A program made the translations under genes and the position numbers. A stretch of 64,000 bases of DNA. Origin: a virus. Below are positions 1 to 9,231 of the stretch, in pieces. Location: positions 16,614-80,613 of IMG/VR virus record IMGVR_UViG_3300025102_007089, one strand, 5' to 3'. Under the pieces are notes generated by a model. That model was not told where the DNA came from and ran no database searches. It was given only the letters and a program-made list of their open reading frames with translations. Position 1 is the first letter of the stretch; the number at the start of each line of letters is the position of its first letter.

Positions 1-690
1 AGTGGCTATGTATGTGAGTTTGGAGCTTGGGATGGCATTCATTGCAGTAATACATACAACCTTTATTCAGATGATTCTGATTTTATACCTATACTAATAG
101 AGAGTGATAAGGAAAAATATAAAGATCTAGAAGTTAATTTACAAGATATAAAACAAAAATATATAGCTAATAAGTTTTTAAATAAAGAATCTAATCATAA
201 AGATTCACTTAGTAATATAATTAAAGATTTTAAGATAAATGATATAAACAATAATAACTTTGTACTTTTAAGTATCGATGTTGATGGACCTGATTATGAG
301 ATTTGGAAAAATTTTACTGATTATAGGCCACGCGTAGTAGTTATAGAAGCTTCGAAGTTATTACACCCTGAAGAATTAGTTTACCCTACTGAAGATGGTG
401 GTGCTTCAGCAGGTATACTAGTACAATTAGGAAAAGAAAAGGGGTATGAATTAGTTTGTCATACAGGATCAAATTGTATTTTTGTACTTAATGAAGATTT
501 TCCAAAATTTAAAATAGAAGATAATTCCTTATCAAAATTATACATTTATACACAAAGTACAGCAGTATTAAGATTGGTTGAAAAGGGTGTTTATACTGAA
601 GAGCAGGGAGAGTATTGGATTGAATATATGTCAGCTATGGGCCAGGTGATACAACACTCAGATGGTTTTACACCTACTAAAATTTTCTAG
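1..690 (+). CDS. FkbM-family SAM-dependent methyltransferase (5' truncated by the window; not in ORF track)
   Basis: Frame 1 is open from base 1 to TAG at 688-690. Translation SGYVCEFGAWDGIHCSNTYNL...LLSIDVDGPDYEIW...PRVVVIE matches FkbM motifs. Confidence 0.75.
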   Translation, partial: SGYVCEFGAWDGIHCSNTYNLYSDDSDFIPILIESDKEKYKDLEVNLQDIKQKYIANKFLNKESNHKDSLSNIIKDFKINDINNNNFVLLSIDVDGPDYEIWKNFTDYRPRVVVIEASKLLHPEELVYPTEDGGASAGILVQLGKEKGYELVCHTGSNCIFVLNEDFPKFKIEDNSLSKLYIYTQSTAVLRLVEKGVYTEEQGEYWIEYMSAMGQVIQHSDGFTPTKIF

Positions 691-721
691 CATTTAGGAA
701 CTTCATTATTATAATAAGACG

Positions 722-3289
722 ATGTCTTATAGAAATGTAGTATATGATGGCCGGAGAGGCTGCGTTAATTTGTTTACTTGGGATGGTGAAGGTAAGCGAG
801 TTATGCATGAGTGTTCTTTCGAGCCTTATCTATACGTTGAAGATAATAGAGGGGATAAGACGTCAATATTTGGAACTAAAGTTAAAAAGAAGTCATTTCA
901 CAATGCTTATAATAGATCTAGATTTGTAAATGATGCAGGTATAAAACGAGTTTTTGAAAACTGTCCTCCTGCACAGCAATTTTTGCTAGATATGTATTGG
1001 CAGCAAAATGAAAATGAAGAATTTTCGAGTAAGCCTCTTAAGTATTGTTTTTTAGATATTGAGACTTATAGCGTTGATCATTTTCCTGATATTGAAAATC
1101 CTACTCATGTTGTTAATGTTATAACTTGTTGGGATAATTTTAGTAAGAAGTTTCATACGTTTGGTATCAAGCCGTATACTGGTAAAGGAAGAGACGATCT
1201 TAATTATGTTTATTGTAAAGATGAAAGAGAGATGTTTATTAAGTTTCTTGAATATCTTGAAAATGACTTCCCGGATATCTTAAGTGGTTGGAACTCCGAA
1301 TTTTTCGATATACCTTATATTGTAAATAGAATGGAAAGGGTGTTAGGTCAAGAATTTGTAAATAGACTCTCCCCGCTTAAAAGAGTTCATTTTAGAGTTA
1401 TTAAAGGTAAGTTCGGTAGAGAACAAAAACGCTATTATATTGATGGTGTTGCATGTTTAGACTACCTCGATGTTTATAAACGATTTTGTTTGAAGTTAAG
1501 AGAGTCGTATAAGTTAGATGCTATTGGTCAAGTAGAACTAGGGGATAGAAAAATTGATTACGGAGGGGTAAGCTTAGCTACTCTATCAGATGAAGATTGG
1601 AATACCTTTATTGATTATAATATTCAAGACGTTAATTTGTTAGTACGTCTAGAAGAAAAATTACAGTATATACCTTTACTAAGAACCCTATCTTACGTAG
1701 GGTTAACTACTCTTGAAGGTGCAATGGGTACTATTCAAGTTATTAATGGTGCTCTAACTATTAGAGCTCGTAAGCGTAATGAGATTATTTCGACGTTTAT
1801 TCGTAATGCTGATACTGGTAAAAATCCTGGAGCGTATGTAGCTGAACCTAAAAGAGGGTTTAAGAAAAATGTAGTCTCTTTTGATGCTAACTCTCTATAC
1901 CCGAATGTGATGATCTCTTTGAATACTTCACCGGAAACTAAAGTGGGTAAAATAGAGAGAACCACTGATAAAAATGTAACGATACAGCATGTTACCGGTA
2001 AATTATTCGAACTTAGTAAACCTGACTTTGTAAAGTTTCTAAAAAATGAGCAATGCTCTATATCTAAAGCTGGATTTCTATTCAGTCAAAAGAAGAAGGG
2101 TATCATACCTGAATTCTTGGAATACTATTATAATAAACGGGTTGAGATAAAGAAAAAACTATTTAAGACTAAGCAAAAATTTAAGAAAGAACCTAATAAT
2201 TTAGATCTTAAATATGAAGTTGAGAGGCTTAATACTTCGCAGATGGTTATTAAGATTCTTATTAACTCTTGTTATGGATATATGGGCAATAAAAATGCCC
2301 CTATTGGTGATGATGATATTGCATCTTCAGTAACGTTAACCGGTCAAGCTGTAATTAAGTATTCGAATGAATTAATTAAAGAGTTTCTTAAGAAAGAAGT
2401 AGCAGATATATCTGATAGAGAGCTTGAAGAATGTGTTATTTATAATGATACTGATTCGTCATATATTTCGATCTCTCCTCTAGTAGATAAAGGTATTGTA
2501 AAATTTTGGGATAATGATATGGTCCACGAGGAGACGTATAGCAAGATTCAAGAGATTGAAGACTATCTAAATGAGGGTATAAGTAAATGGGCTGAAAAAG
2601 CTATTCTTACTAATAATAGTAGGTTTGTATTTAAGCGTGAATGTATAGCTGATATCGGTGTTTTCTTACAGAAAAAACGTTATGTTATGCATATACTTGA
2701 CGATGAGGGTATTAAGGAAAATAAATTTAAGTATACTGGTGTTGAAGTAGTTCGAACTACTATGCCTAATGCTATTAAACCTTATGCTAAAAAGATAATT
2801 GAAACTATGCTTTCAACTCAGTCTTTGAAAGAAACTAATAGTATACTTAATGAAACTTATGAGGTCTTTAAGAGCTTATCACCGGAAGAACTTGCTTTTG
2901 TAATGGGTGTAAAGGGATACGAAAAATACGCTTCGCAGAGTAATGAGTTTAATACTTGTAAGGGTATGCCTATACATGTAAAATCTGCTTATTACTATAA
3001 TGAGCTTCTAGATAAATTAAATACTGGTAACAAATATGAATCGATTAGTACGGGAGATAAAGTCCGTTATATGTATGTTGAGCAGCCTAATAAGTTTGGT
3101 CTGGATAGTATTGGCTTTAAATATGAGTATCCTGAGGAGTTTAATAGTATCTTTAAACCGGATTATGATAAGATGTTTCAAAAAATCTTATTTCAAGCTA
3201 TCGAACGTTTTTACGAAAATGTAAATTGGACTATTCGTAAGCCTTCAGAAAATGTTCAAGTTGAACTCTTTGACCTATTTGCTAAATAA
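722..3289 (+). CDS. gp43: Family B DNA polymerase (T4 gp43-like)
   Basis: Exonuclease motifs DIET, GWNSEFFD, YNIQD; polymerase motifs DANSLYP, KILINSCYG, YNDTDS, KKRY. Confidence 0.97.
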   Translation: MSYRNVVYDGRRGCVNLFTWDGEGKRVMHECSFEPYLYVEDNRGDKTSIFGTKVKKKSFHNAYNRSRFVNDAGIKRVFENCPPAQQFLLDMYWQQNENEEFSSKPLKYCFLDIETYSVDHFPDIENPTHVVNVITCWDNFSKKFHTFGIKPYTGKGRDDLNYVYCKDEREMFIKFLEYLENDFPDILSGWNSEFFDIPYIVNRMERVLGQEFVNRLSPLKRVHFRVIKGKFGREQKRYYIDGVACLDYLDVYKRFCLKLRESYKLDAIGQVELGDRKIDYGGVSLATLSDEDWNTFIDYNIQDVNLLVRLEEKLQYIPLLRTLSYVGLTTLEGAMGTIQVINGALTIRARKRNEIISTFIRNADTGKNPGAYVAEPKRGFKKNVVSFDANSLYPNVMISLNTSPETKVGKIERTTDKNVTIQHVTGKLFELSKPDFVKFLKNEQCSISKAGFLFSQKKKGIIPEFLEYYYNKRVEIKKKLFKTKQKFKKEPNNLDLKYEVERLNTSQMVIKILINSCYGYMGNKNAPIGDDDIASSVTLTGQAVIKYSNELIKEFLKKEVADISDRELEECVIYNDTDSSYISISPLVDKGIVKFWDNDMVHEETYSKIQEIEDYLNEGISKWAEKAILTNNSRFVFKRECIADIGVFLQKKRYVMHILDDEGIKENKFKYTGVEVVRTTMPNAIKPYAKKIIETMLSTQSLKETNSILNETYEVFKSLSPEELAFVMGVKGYEKYASQSNEFNTCKGMPIHVKSAYYYNELLDKLNTGNKYESISTGDKVRYMYVEQPNKFGLDSIGFKYEYPEEFNSIFKPDYDKMFQKILFQAIERFYENVNWTIRKPSENVQVELFDLFAK

Positions 3290-3293
3290 AAAC

Positions 3294-3605
3294 ATGGCAG
3301 TACAACCAGGTGGTTACTTAGATAAACCAGAAGATGATAATACCTCTAAAGCGCACCCAGCTTTTAATAGAGGTAAAATAAAAGGAATCCTTGAAACGTT
3401 AGCAATCTTACGTAAGGTAATTAACGGGGAGGATGACGGATCTGGTGTGATTAATTCACCAGAAATTGAAAAAATACGAAAATCTGTTTTTGTTATGAGA
3501 GACACTTTAGAGCATGCATCTGATAAATCTACTTATCTATCAAAACAGGCCAAAGAAGCTCTCGATACAGCTATTGAACATGCCAACTCTTTGAGATATC
3601 AGTAG
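3294..3605 (+). CDS. Hypothetical protein
   Basis: ORF; the ATG at 3294 (MAVQPGG) avoids overlap with the polymerase. Confidence 0.7.
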   Translation: MAVQPGGYLDKPEDDNTSKAHPAFNRGKIKGILETLAILRKVINGEDDGSGVINSPEIEKIRKSVFVMRDTLEHASDKSTYLSKQAKEALDTAIEHANSLRYQ

Positions 3606-3633
3606 TTGCTTTTTAAAATTTTTTACTTAATAT
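3606..3633 (+). promoter_or_regulatory. Sigma70-like early/middle promoter TTGCTT-N16-TAATAT
   Basis: Same architecture recurs at 5029, 9861, 13014 and 41267(-); lies 7 nt before ATG 3641. Confidence 0.55.
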
Positions 3634-3640
3634 TATTATT

Positions 3641-3991
3641 ATGTCAGACATTAAAACTATCTCAGATCACATCGGTCGTACTGTTGTAGGCGTTGTAACA
3701 AAAGAAGATGACGAGACTATTACTATTAATAATCCTGTTATTATTCACGTGCAACCTAACCCGCAAAACGGTCAACTCCAAGTTCAGTCCTTTCCATACT
3801 TGTTTATGGAATTTATTAAAGGAGACAAAACACAAAATAATTGGACTTTTAATAAATCAGTTATCTCTATCTCTGATGTAGAGTTAGATGATAGAATTGT
3901 ACAGCAATACGAGAATATTAATTCTCCACAAGCTGCTGAAGGGGAAGCTGCTGAAGAAGATCCAGAAGTAATTAAGTTGTTCGATGATTAA
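3641..3991 (+). CDS. Hypothetical protein, possibly Sm-like fold
   Basis: Small beta-rich ORF with acidic tail (ITINNPVII...FPY...V.QQY) resembling small T4-like phage proteins. Confidence 0.55.
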   Translation: MSDIKTISDHIGRTVVGVVTKEDDETITINNPVIIHVQPNPQNGQLQVQSFPYLFMEFIKGDKTQNNWTFNKSVISISDVELDDRIVQQYENINSPQAAEGEAAEEDPEVIKLFDD

Positions 3992-4014
3992 AATCGACGA
4001 TAAGCAAAAATAGT

Positions 4015-4049
4015 AAAAACTCCCCTTCGGAAGTTGGGGAGTTTTTTTT
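4015..4049 (+). terminator. Rho-independent terminator
   Basis: AAAACTCCCC-loop-GGGGAGTTTT stem ending in a T8 run. Confidence 0.85.
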
Positions 4050-4068
4050 GGTTTTTTTAACACTATAC

Positions 4069-4076
4069 TATAAATA
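4069..4076 (+). promoter_or_regulatory. T4-type late promoter TATAAATA
   Basis: Exact T4 gp55 consensus 8 nt before the hsp20 ATG. Confidence 0.65.
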
Positions 4077-4084
4077 CTATTACT

Positions 4085-4495
4085 ATGAAACTAACTAAAT
4101 ATACACATAACCCAATTGCTGAAATCGAAAGAGCCTTTGATGGCTTCTTTAACCTAACACCTGTCTTTCATCAATTGGAAGAAGTTTACAAGACAGGTGA
4201 TCAAGTTCGTTTTTCGCAAGATGAAAACACGCTAAGCGTGCAAATTGACCTACCAGGTGTTGCAAAAGATGATCTAGATCTTTCTACAGATACAGATCAA
4301 CGTGAAGTTTATATAAAAGCTAAGCGAAAAATTAAAACTAATGACGGAGAAAAAGAACAGACTTACAATAGATCATTCTCCGTAGGTAGAGAGTTTGATT
4401 TGAATAAAATTAAGTTTACTTATATTAACGGGGTACTAGAGGTAGATGTACCAAGAAGAAAAAAGGAAGAATATATAAAAACATATACAGTCTAA
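4085..4495 (+). CDS. hsp20: Small heat shock protein (Hsp20, alpha-crystallin domain)
   Basis: IDLPGV..DDL, YNRSFSV and YINGVLEVDVP motifs. Confidence 0.9.
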   Translation: MKLTKYTHNPIAEIERAFDGFFNLTPVFHQLEEVYKTGDQVRFSQDENTLSVQIDLPGVAKDDLDLSTDTDQREVYIKAKRKIKTNDGEKEQTYNRSFSVGREFDLNKIKFTYINGVLEVDVPRRKKEEYIKTYTV

Positions 4496-4525
4496 AATTT
4501 AAATGGGCCTAGCTAGCCCAAACCC

Positions 4526-4695
4526 GGGTGTGCCTGAATAAACATTTTAAGCAAGAGTGTTAAAGGGACTGCTGACTTACATGGAGGGTCGACTGACTAT
4601 TAAATGTATAATGCGGGGTACAAGTAGGTAAAAAGATGAAACTGCATCTTGCCTAACTGAAAGTTGGAGGTAACCAGAAAATCCTCTCACCCACC
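4526..4695 (+). ncRNA. Candidate structured ncRNA (multi-stem, tRNA-like 3' end)
   Basis: GC-enriched non-coding gap. Closing helix GGGTG(4526-30)/CACCC(4688-92) encloses several hairpins with G-U pairs and is followed by a terminator. Confidence 0.6.
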
Positions 4696-4697
4696 TT

Positions 4698-4723
4698 AAA
4701 GCCCCCGAAAGGGGGCTTTTTTT
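4698..4723 (+). terminator. Rho-independent terminator
   Basis: AAAGCCCCC-GAAA-GGGGGCTTT followed by a T run. Confidence 0.92.
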
Positions 4724-4737
4724 ATCTAAATAATTAG

Positions 4738-5055
4738 GTGAATATAATTGTTATAGCTGATTTAACTACTAATGAAGGGCTATACTTTAGATATCTATCA
4801 ATGATGGTTCAAGCTGATGTTGTAGTGGAAACAAGCAAACCTTTAATTGATTATCATTATAGAAATCTTAAAAGCCAAGGTCTCTATGACTGTGTGTATG
4901 ATATGGTTACACCAGAATGTGGTGTAGAGGGTATTCGAATTGATACTGAATTGAATTACCCTATGACAATACAAACTGATACAATTAAAGGGGCTAATGT
5001 TTTGCATCTACTTAAACAAATAGAACAGTTGAAAAGTATAAAGAACTCTATATAA
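4738..5055 (+). CDS. Hypothetical protein
   Basis: ORF with GTG start just after TAAATA. Confidence 0.6.
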   Translation: MNIIVIADLTTNEGLYFRYLSMMVQADVVVETSKPLIDYHYRNLKSQGLYDCVYDMVTPECGVEGIRIDTELNYPMTIQTDTIKGANVLHLLKQIEQLKSIKNSI

Positions 5056-5056
5056 T
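5029..5056 (+). promoter_or_regulatory. Sigma70-like promoter TTGAAA-N16-TATAAT
   Basis: Near-consensus -35/-10, 7 nt before the uvsX ATG. Confidence 0.6.
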
Positions 5057-5063
5057 TGTTTAT

Positions 5064-6173
5064 ATGGATAAAGATGTTTTAAAAGCTTTAGATGATATTG
5101 ATAAGGTTAATCCTTTTGCTACGTATCTAAGTGATAGTACTTTAAGTAGAGTTGGTACTTGGATTGATACCGGATCCTACGTATTAAATGCTATTATTTC
5201 TGGATCAATTCACGGTGGTATACCTAAAGGTCGTGTAACTATGCTAGCAGGAGAATCTATGACGGGTAAGTCGTTATTCGTTCAAAAGATTCTAGCTAAA
5301 GCTCAAGAAGAAGGTTTAATTCCAGTAATTTTTGATACTGAAAATGCTATCGACCCTGAAGGTGCTGAAAGACTTGGCTTAGATATTAGTAAAGTAAAGT
5401 ATGTACCTTGTACTAGTATCGAGCAAGCTAGAAACTCTCTATATAAGTTCCTTATGTCTGTTAAAGAAAAGGGTCTTGAAGGTAAATTTATTGTAGCTAT
5501 TGATTCTTTAGCTAACTTGCAATCTGAATTGGAACTTTCTCGTATGAGCAAAGATAGTACTTCATCAGATATGGGTACTAAAGCTCGAGCTATGAAAACA
5601 TTAATGCAAACTTGTACTAATTTAGGTTCAGTAACTCAAACAACTATTCTTTGTACTAATCATGTTTATGATGATCCTACTGCTCTCTTTCCTTCTATTG
5701 AAAAGAATATGCCTGGTGGAAAGTCATGTATCTATTTACCTTCTGTAACTGTTCAACTAGCTCGTAAGCCTATTAAAGATGACGGAGGTAAAACTGTAGA
5801 TGGCGAACTAGCTGTAGGTCAGAAAAAGTACTCAGGTATTATTATTAGAGCCTTAACTCGTAAGAATAGATTTATTAAGCAATATTTAGAAGGTGAAATG
5901 TACTTATCATTTTCTTCTGGTCTAGATAGGTATTATGGATTAGTTGATTTAGCTGTTGGTGTTGGTGCTGTAATTCAAACTGGAGCTACTTATCAGCTTG
6001 AAGATGGTACTAAGTTAGGCTATTATAAGAATTGGAGAAAAGATACTAAGCTTTGGGAAGAGACTATCTTACCTAAAGTAGAAGAACGTATTAAAAATGA
6101 ATGGTCTTATAGTAATAACGAAGATGAAATCCCCGAAGAAGTAGAAGATGAAGAAATTAGTATTGACGCTTAG
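5064..6173 (+). CDS. uvsX: RecA-like recombinase UvsX
   Basis: DTGSYVLNAIISG, Walker A GESMTGKS, FDTE, IDSL, NHVY and GG motifs. Confidence 0.95.
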   Translation: MDKDVLKALDDIDKVNPFATYLSDSTLSRVGTWIDTGSYVLNAIISGSIHGGIPKGRVTMLAGESMTGKSLFVQKILAKAQEEGLIPVIFDTENAIDPEGAERLGLDISKVKYVPCTSIEQARNSLYKFLMSVKEKGLEGKFIVAIDSLANLQSELELSRMSKDSTSSDMGTKARAMKTLMQTCTNLGSVTQTTILCTNHVYDDPTALFPSIEKNMPGGKSCIYLPSVTVQLARKPIKDDGGKTVDGELAVGQKKYSGIIIRALTRKNRFIKQYLEGEMYLSFSSGLDRYYGLVDLAVGVGAVIQTGATYQLEDGTKLGYYKNWRKDTKLWEETILPKVEERIKNEWSYSNNEDEIPEEVEDEEISIDA

Positions 6174-6903
6174 TGGCGGAATGGACTCGTCTGTGCTGTT
6201 GTATATGGCGCAGGATAGAGGTTTTGAAGAAGTACATACAGTAACTTTTGATTATGGTCAAAGGCATAAACGTGAACTTAGTTGTGTTGATAAACAACTA
6301 CATAACTTTGCTGAACGTTATGGTGATTGGGTAAACTTGAAAGTAACTAATAAAGTACTTGATGTAAAATATATTAAAGATATTGCACCTACTTCTTCTT
6401 TAACTAATAAGGATATAGATAATCCTGATATTAGTAAAATGGCAGGAGATGCGCAGCCCGTCTCATATGTACCGTTTAGAAACTTAATGTTTCTATCTAT
6501 TTGCTCTGCTTATGCAGAAAGCGTTGGTGCAGATACAGTATGGTATGGAGCTGCTCTGGTAGATTCTCTAGCTGGTTACTGGGATGGGAGTGAAGAGTTT
6601 GTTGATATGGTAAACAAAGTAACCGATCTTAATAGAGAGAATAGGATCAACATAGAAGCTCCTTTACTTGAAATGACAAAACCTGATATTATTAAAGAAG
6701 GTATTAGACTTGGTGTTAAGTATAAAGATACTTGGACTTGTTACTCTGATAGAGAGGATGGTTTAGCTGATGCTACTACACCTTCAAGTAGTATGAGAGT
6801 AAAAGGATTTGTAGACGCAGGTTATAAAGATCCTATTACTTACATTCAACAAGATAAGTTGAATAAGCTCTATGACGAGAATAATTGCAGAGAATGTGCT
6901 TAA
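6148..6903 (+). CDS. queC: QueC-like ATP pyrophosphatase (7-cyano-7-deazaguanine synthase family)
   Basis: SGGMDS PP-loop, FDYGQRH..E, YVPFRN, APL...K..I, TWTCY; most downstream Zn cysteines are missing. Confidence 0.85.
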   Translation: MKKLVLTLSGGMDSSVLLYMAQDRGFEEVHTVTFDYGQRHKRELSCVDKQLHNFAERYGDWVNLKVTNKVLDVKYIKDIAPTSSLTNKDIDNPDISKMAGDAQPVSYVPFRNLMFLSICSAYAESVGADTVWYGAALVDSLAGYWDGSEEFVDMVNKVTDLNRENRINIEAPLLEMTKPDIIKEGIRLGVKYKDTWTCYSDREDGLADATTPSSSMRVKGFVDAGYKDPITYIQQDKLNKLYDENNCRECA

Positions 6904-8063
6904 AGACCGTAACGTCTAAGTTCCTCTAACTGCCATTGAGTTTTAGGCTTATATCTTTCTTTAAAGGATTGATTTTTGACTTCAGTCTTTTTATTTCTTT
7001 TGTCTGAAGCTGTCTGCTCAGTCAAATAAGCAGCAGTTGAGGTTTCGGAAACTTCTAAATGGGGTTGAGCTACGTACTCTTTACTTTCTTTATTCATAGC
7101 TTGTTTAATTTTCTTTCTCCTATTTAAAAGGTATTCATCAGTCTTATCTTCATCTCCATCATTATCAATATCTCCGTCTTCTTTACCTACAGGATCCATT
7201 TCATCTTCTGCTACCGCGGCAGCAGCTAAAGCTTTTTGCTGCTCTTCATAATCATCACCCGTCACATCACTAGCATCTCTTGCCATGGCGGCAATATGTG
7301 GATCTTCTTGATCAGACTTTACAGCAACTTGCGCTTTTGCTGGTTTGATGATAGTTGATAAATAAGCTGCAATTTTTTCATAACCTGGCTCATTTGCTAT
7401 TTGTCTTACAAAACTCTCAAGCTGTTTAACTGTGTTAATTTTTTCTGCGTAATCAACAACTTGATCTAAAGCTTGATCACTAATATCAAATCCTTCATCT
7501 CCTAAGTTTTGCTTAATATCATTTAAAACTCTATTCATTAATCCCTTAACAAGCATTACTTCATCTATATCAGCACCAATTTCATCTGATAACTTATCCG
7601 CAAGTTCATCAGGATCAGCTGCTTTAATTTGCTCTACTTCTTGTGGAGTAAACTCCCCTCTCTTTTGATCGTTTTTTAATGCAAAGGCAATTAGAGCATC
7701 GCTTTCAGCTTCAATATACTTATCAAGCTTTTCAGCTCTATCATCTAAAAAATAATCCGGATCCTTATCACTTAAATATTTTATAATTTGAGTAGAAGAA
7801 GTACTCATACGATATAATTTTTCTGCTTCTGCATCATTTATAACATCTAAATTATATAACGCTCTAATCATCATACGATTTTTTAATCTTGACTGTGAAG
7901 GAGCTGGTCTACCCTCAGGGTCACGGTATGCTTTTAATTTAGGGCCTAACCCTTTACGCACCATTTGCTTATATCGAGAAAGAGCATCTTTTTCTTCGAG
8001 AATTTCTGCTCTGTTGATTAAATCATTAAAGCTATTAATATTAGTTATATCAAAGGAACTCAT
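6900..8063 (-). CDS. Hypothetical late protein, probable internal head protein with DxDxDG motif
   Basis: Acidic 387 aa ORF containing MDPVGKEDGDIDNDGDEDKTDEYL.NRR; own TATAAATA at 8070-8077(-). Confidence 0.65.
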   Translation of the reverse strand: MSSFDITNINSFNDLINRAEILEEKDALSRYKQMVRKGLGPKLKAYRDPEGRPAPSQSRLKNRMMIRALYNLDVINDAEAEKLYRMSTSSTQIIKYLSDKDPDYFLDDRAEKLDKYIEAESDALIAFALKNDQKRGEFTPQEVEQIKAADPDELADKLSDEIGADIDEVMLVKGLMNRVLNDIKQNLGDEGFDISDQALDQVVDYAEKINTVKQLESFVRQIANEPGYEKIAAYLSTIIKPAKAQVAVKSDQEDPHIAAMARDASDVTGDDYEEQQKALAAAAVAEDEMDPVGKEDGDIDNDGDEDKTDEYLLNRRKKIKQAMNKESKEYVAQPHLEVSETSTAAYLTEQTASDKRNKKTEVKNQSFKERYKPKTQWQLEELRRYGL

Positions 8064-8069
8064 ATAATA

Positions 8070-8077
8070 TATTTATA
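8070..8077 (-). promoter_or_regulatory. T4-type late promoter TATAAATA
   Basis: TATTTATA on the + strand, 6 nt before the minus-strand ATG at 8063. Confidence 0.65.
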
Positions 8078-8080
8078 CCT

Positions 8081-8533
8081 ATGAAGCTGAATTATAAGGA
8101 TTTTAATAAAATGACTGATAGGGAGTTGTTCAAACTTCCTGGAGTTGGTAGAACTACAGCTAAACGGATTATTGGTTTTAGACCGTTTAGAAATAATAAC
8201 GATTTATTCAAGGTTAAGGGGTTGGGTAAGAAGACCTTAAAGCAATTAGGTATTGAAAAAGCTAAGAAAAAGCAGAAAAAGTGGTATACAATTGATGGGG
8301 TTGAATATCCAGATAATGCTTTAGCTAAAGATAAAAGATTTGGAACTATTGATTTATTTTGGCGCATCCCTAAAGCTCATAGAGAGAGTATTAGTGAGCC
8401 ATCTCCTTGGATATTACGTATGCGAAGAATTAGTGAACGTATCAGAGATGAAGGACCTGAAGGTACTATGAGTAGATATGTTGATAATTCGTATATGTGG
8501 GAGCCAGGTTTCAAGTTTCCGTGGGAAGATTGA
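8081..8533 (+). CDS. Helix-hairpin-helix DNA-binding protein (ComEA-like N-terminus)
   Basis: Tandem HhH motifs LPGVGRTTAKRII and VKGLGKKTL. Confidence 0.8.
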   Translation: MKLNYKDFNKMTDRELFKLPGVGRTTAKRIIGFRPFRNNNDLFKVKGLGKKTLKQLGIEKAKKKQKKWYTIDGVEYPDNALAKDKRFGTIDLFWRIPKAHRESISEPSPWILRMRRISERIRDEGPEGTMSRYVDNSYMWEPGFKFPWED

Positions 8534-8562
8534 AAAAGTAAAACCTTACTATAATTATTTTT

Positions 8563-9231
8563 ATGTGTGCAATTTTCGGATCTCCTGATACTACAATGGT
8601 AGAAATACTGTATCAAGCTAATAAAGAACGAGGCAATTTTGCTAGTAGTATAGTTCAATTAACAGATTTCGAGCAACATGTACTTAAGAAAGAAGGTGAT
8701 ATAGACTTTGAACAGGTTACATTAGATGAAAAAAATAATTATTATCTAGGACATGTCCAGGCTCCTACTTCATCACAAAGAAAATGGCATTACGATACGT
8801 CGCATCCGTTTGAGACTATGTCATGGATGGTATTTCATAATGGAGTTATAACAAATGAAGAATCTATTAGAAATAAAAAACTATCTCATATCTTAAATCC
8901 TGTAGATACTGCTTTAATAGTAAATCTTATACAACAATATATGGAAAGAGATAAGTCAAGTAAACCTAACCCTATAAAATATATTAAAAAAGCGCTTGAG
9001 GATCTCGATGGATCATTTGCATTATCAATATTAGATTGTGATACTAATGAACTATACTTAGCAAGAGTAGGCTCAGCTCTACACTATAATAATGATGGTT
9101 GTTTTTCTACTATGCCGGGTAATAATTATAAAGAAGTACCTGAGGGAGTTATTTTAAGACTCAATAGAAAGACTAACAACTTTAATAAAGTAGGTACGTT
9201 TAAACATACTTCACCCTTTTTGTTTATATGA
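8563..9231 (+). CDS. Class II (Ntn) glutamine amidotransferase, standalone
   Basis: N-terminal nucleophile MCAIFG, RG, GHVQAPT, SHPF, HNGVI, DT, GSFA. Confidence 0.88.
   Translation: MCAIFGSPDTTMVEILYQANKERGNFASSIVQLTDFEQHVLKKEGDIDFEQVTLDEKNNYYLGHVQAPTSSQRKWHYDTSHPFETMSWMVFHNGVITNEESIRNKKLSHILNPVDTALIVNLIQQYMERDKSSKPNPIKYIKKALEDLDGSFALSILDCDTNELYLARVGSALHYNNDGCFSTMPGNNYKEVPEGVILRLNRKTNNFNKVGTFKHTSPFLFI

Noticed and set aside
4503-4695. tRNA, tRNA-Sec, tmRNA or a small ORF in the gap after hsp20
   Set aside because: No canonical cloverleaf, TTCRA T-loop or UCA anticodon arm; only very short ORFs (12-16 aa) without support.
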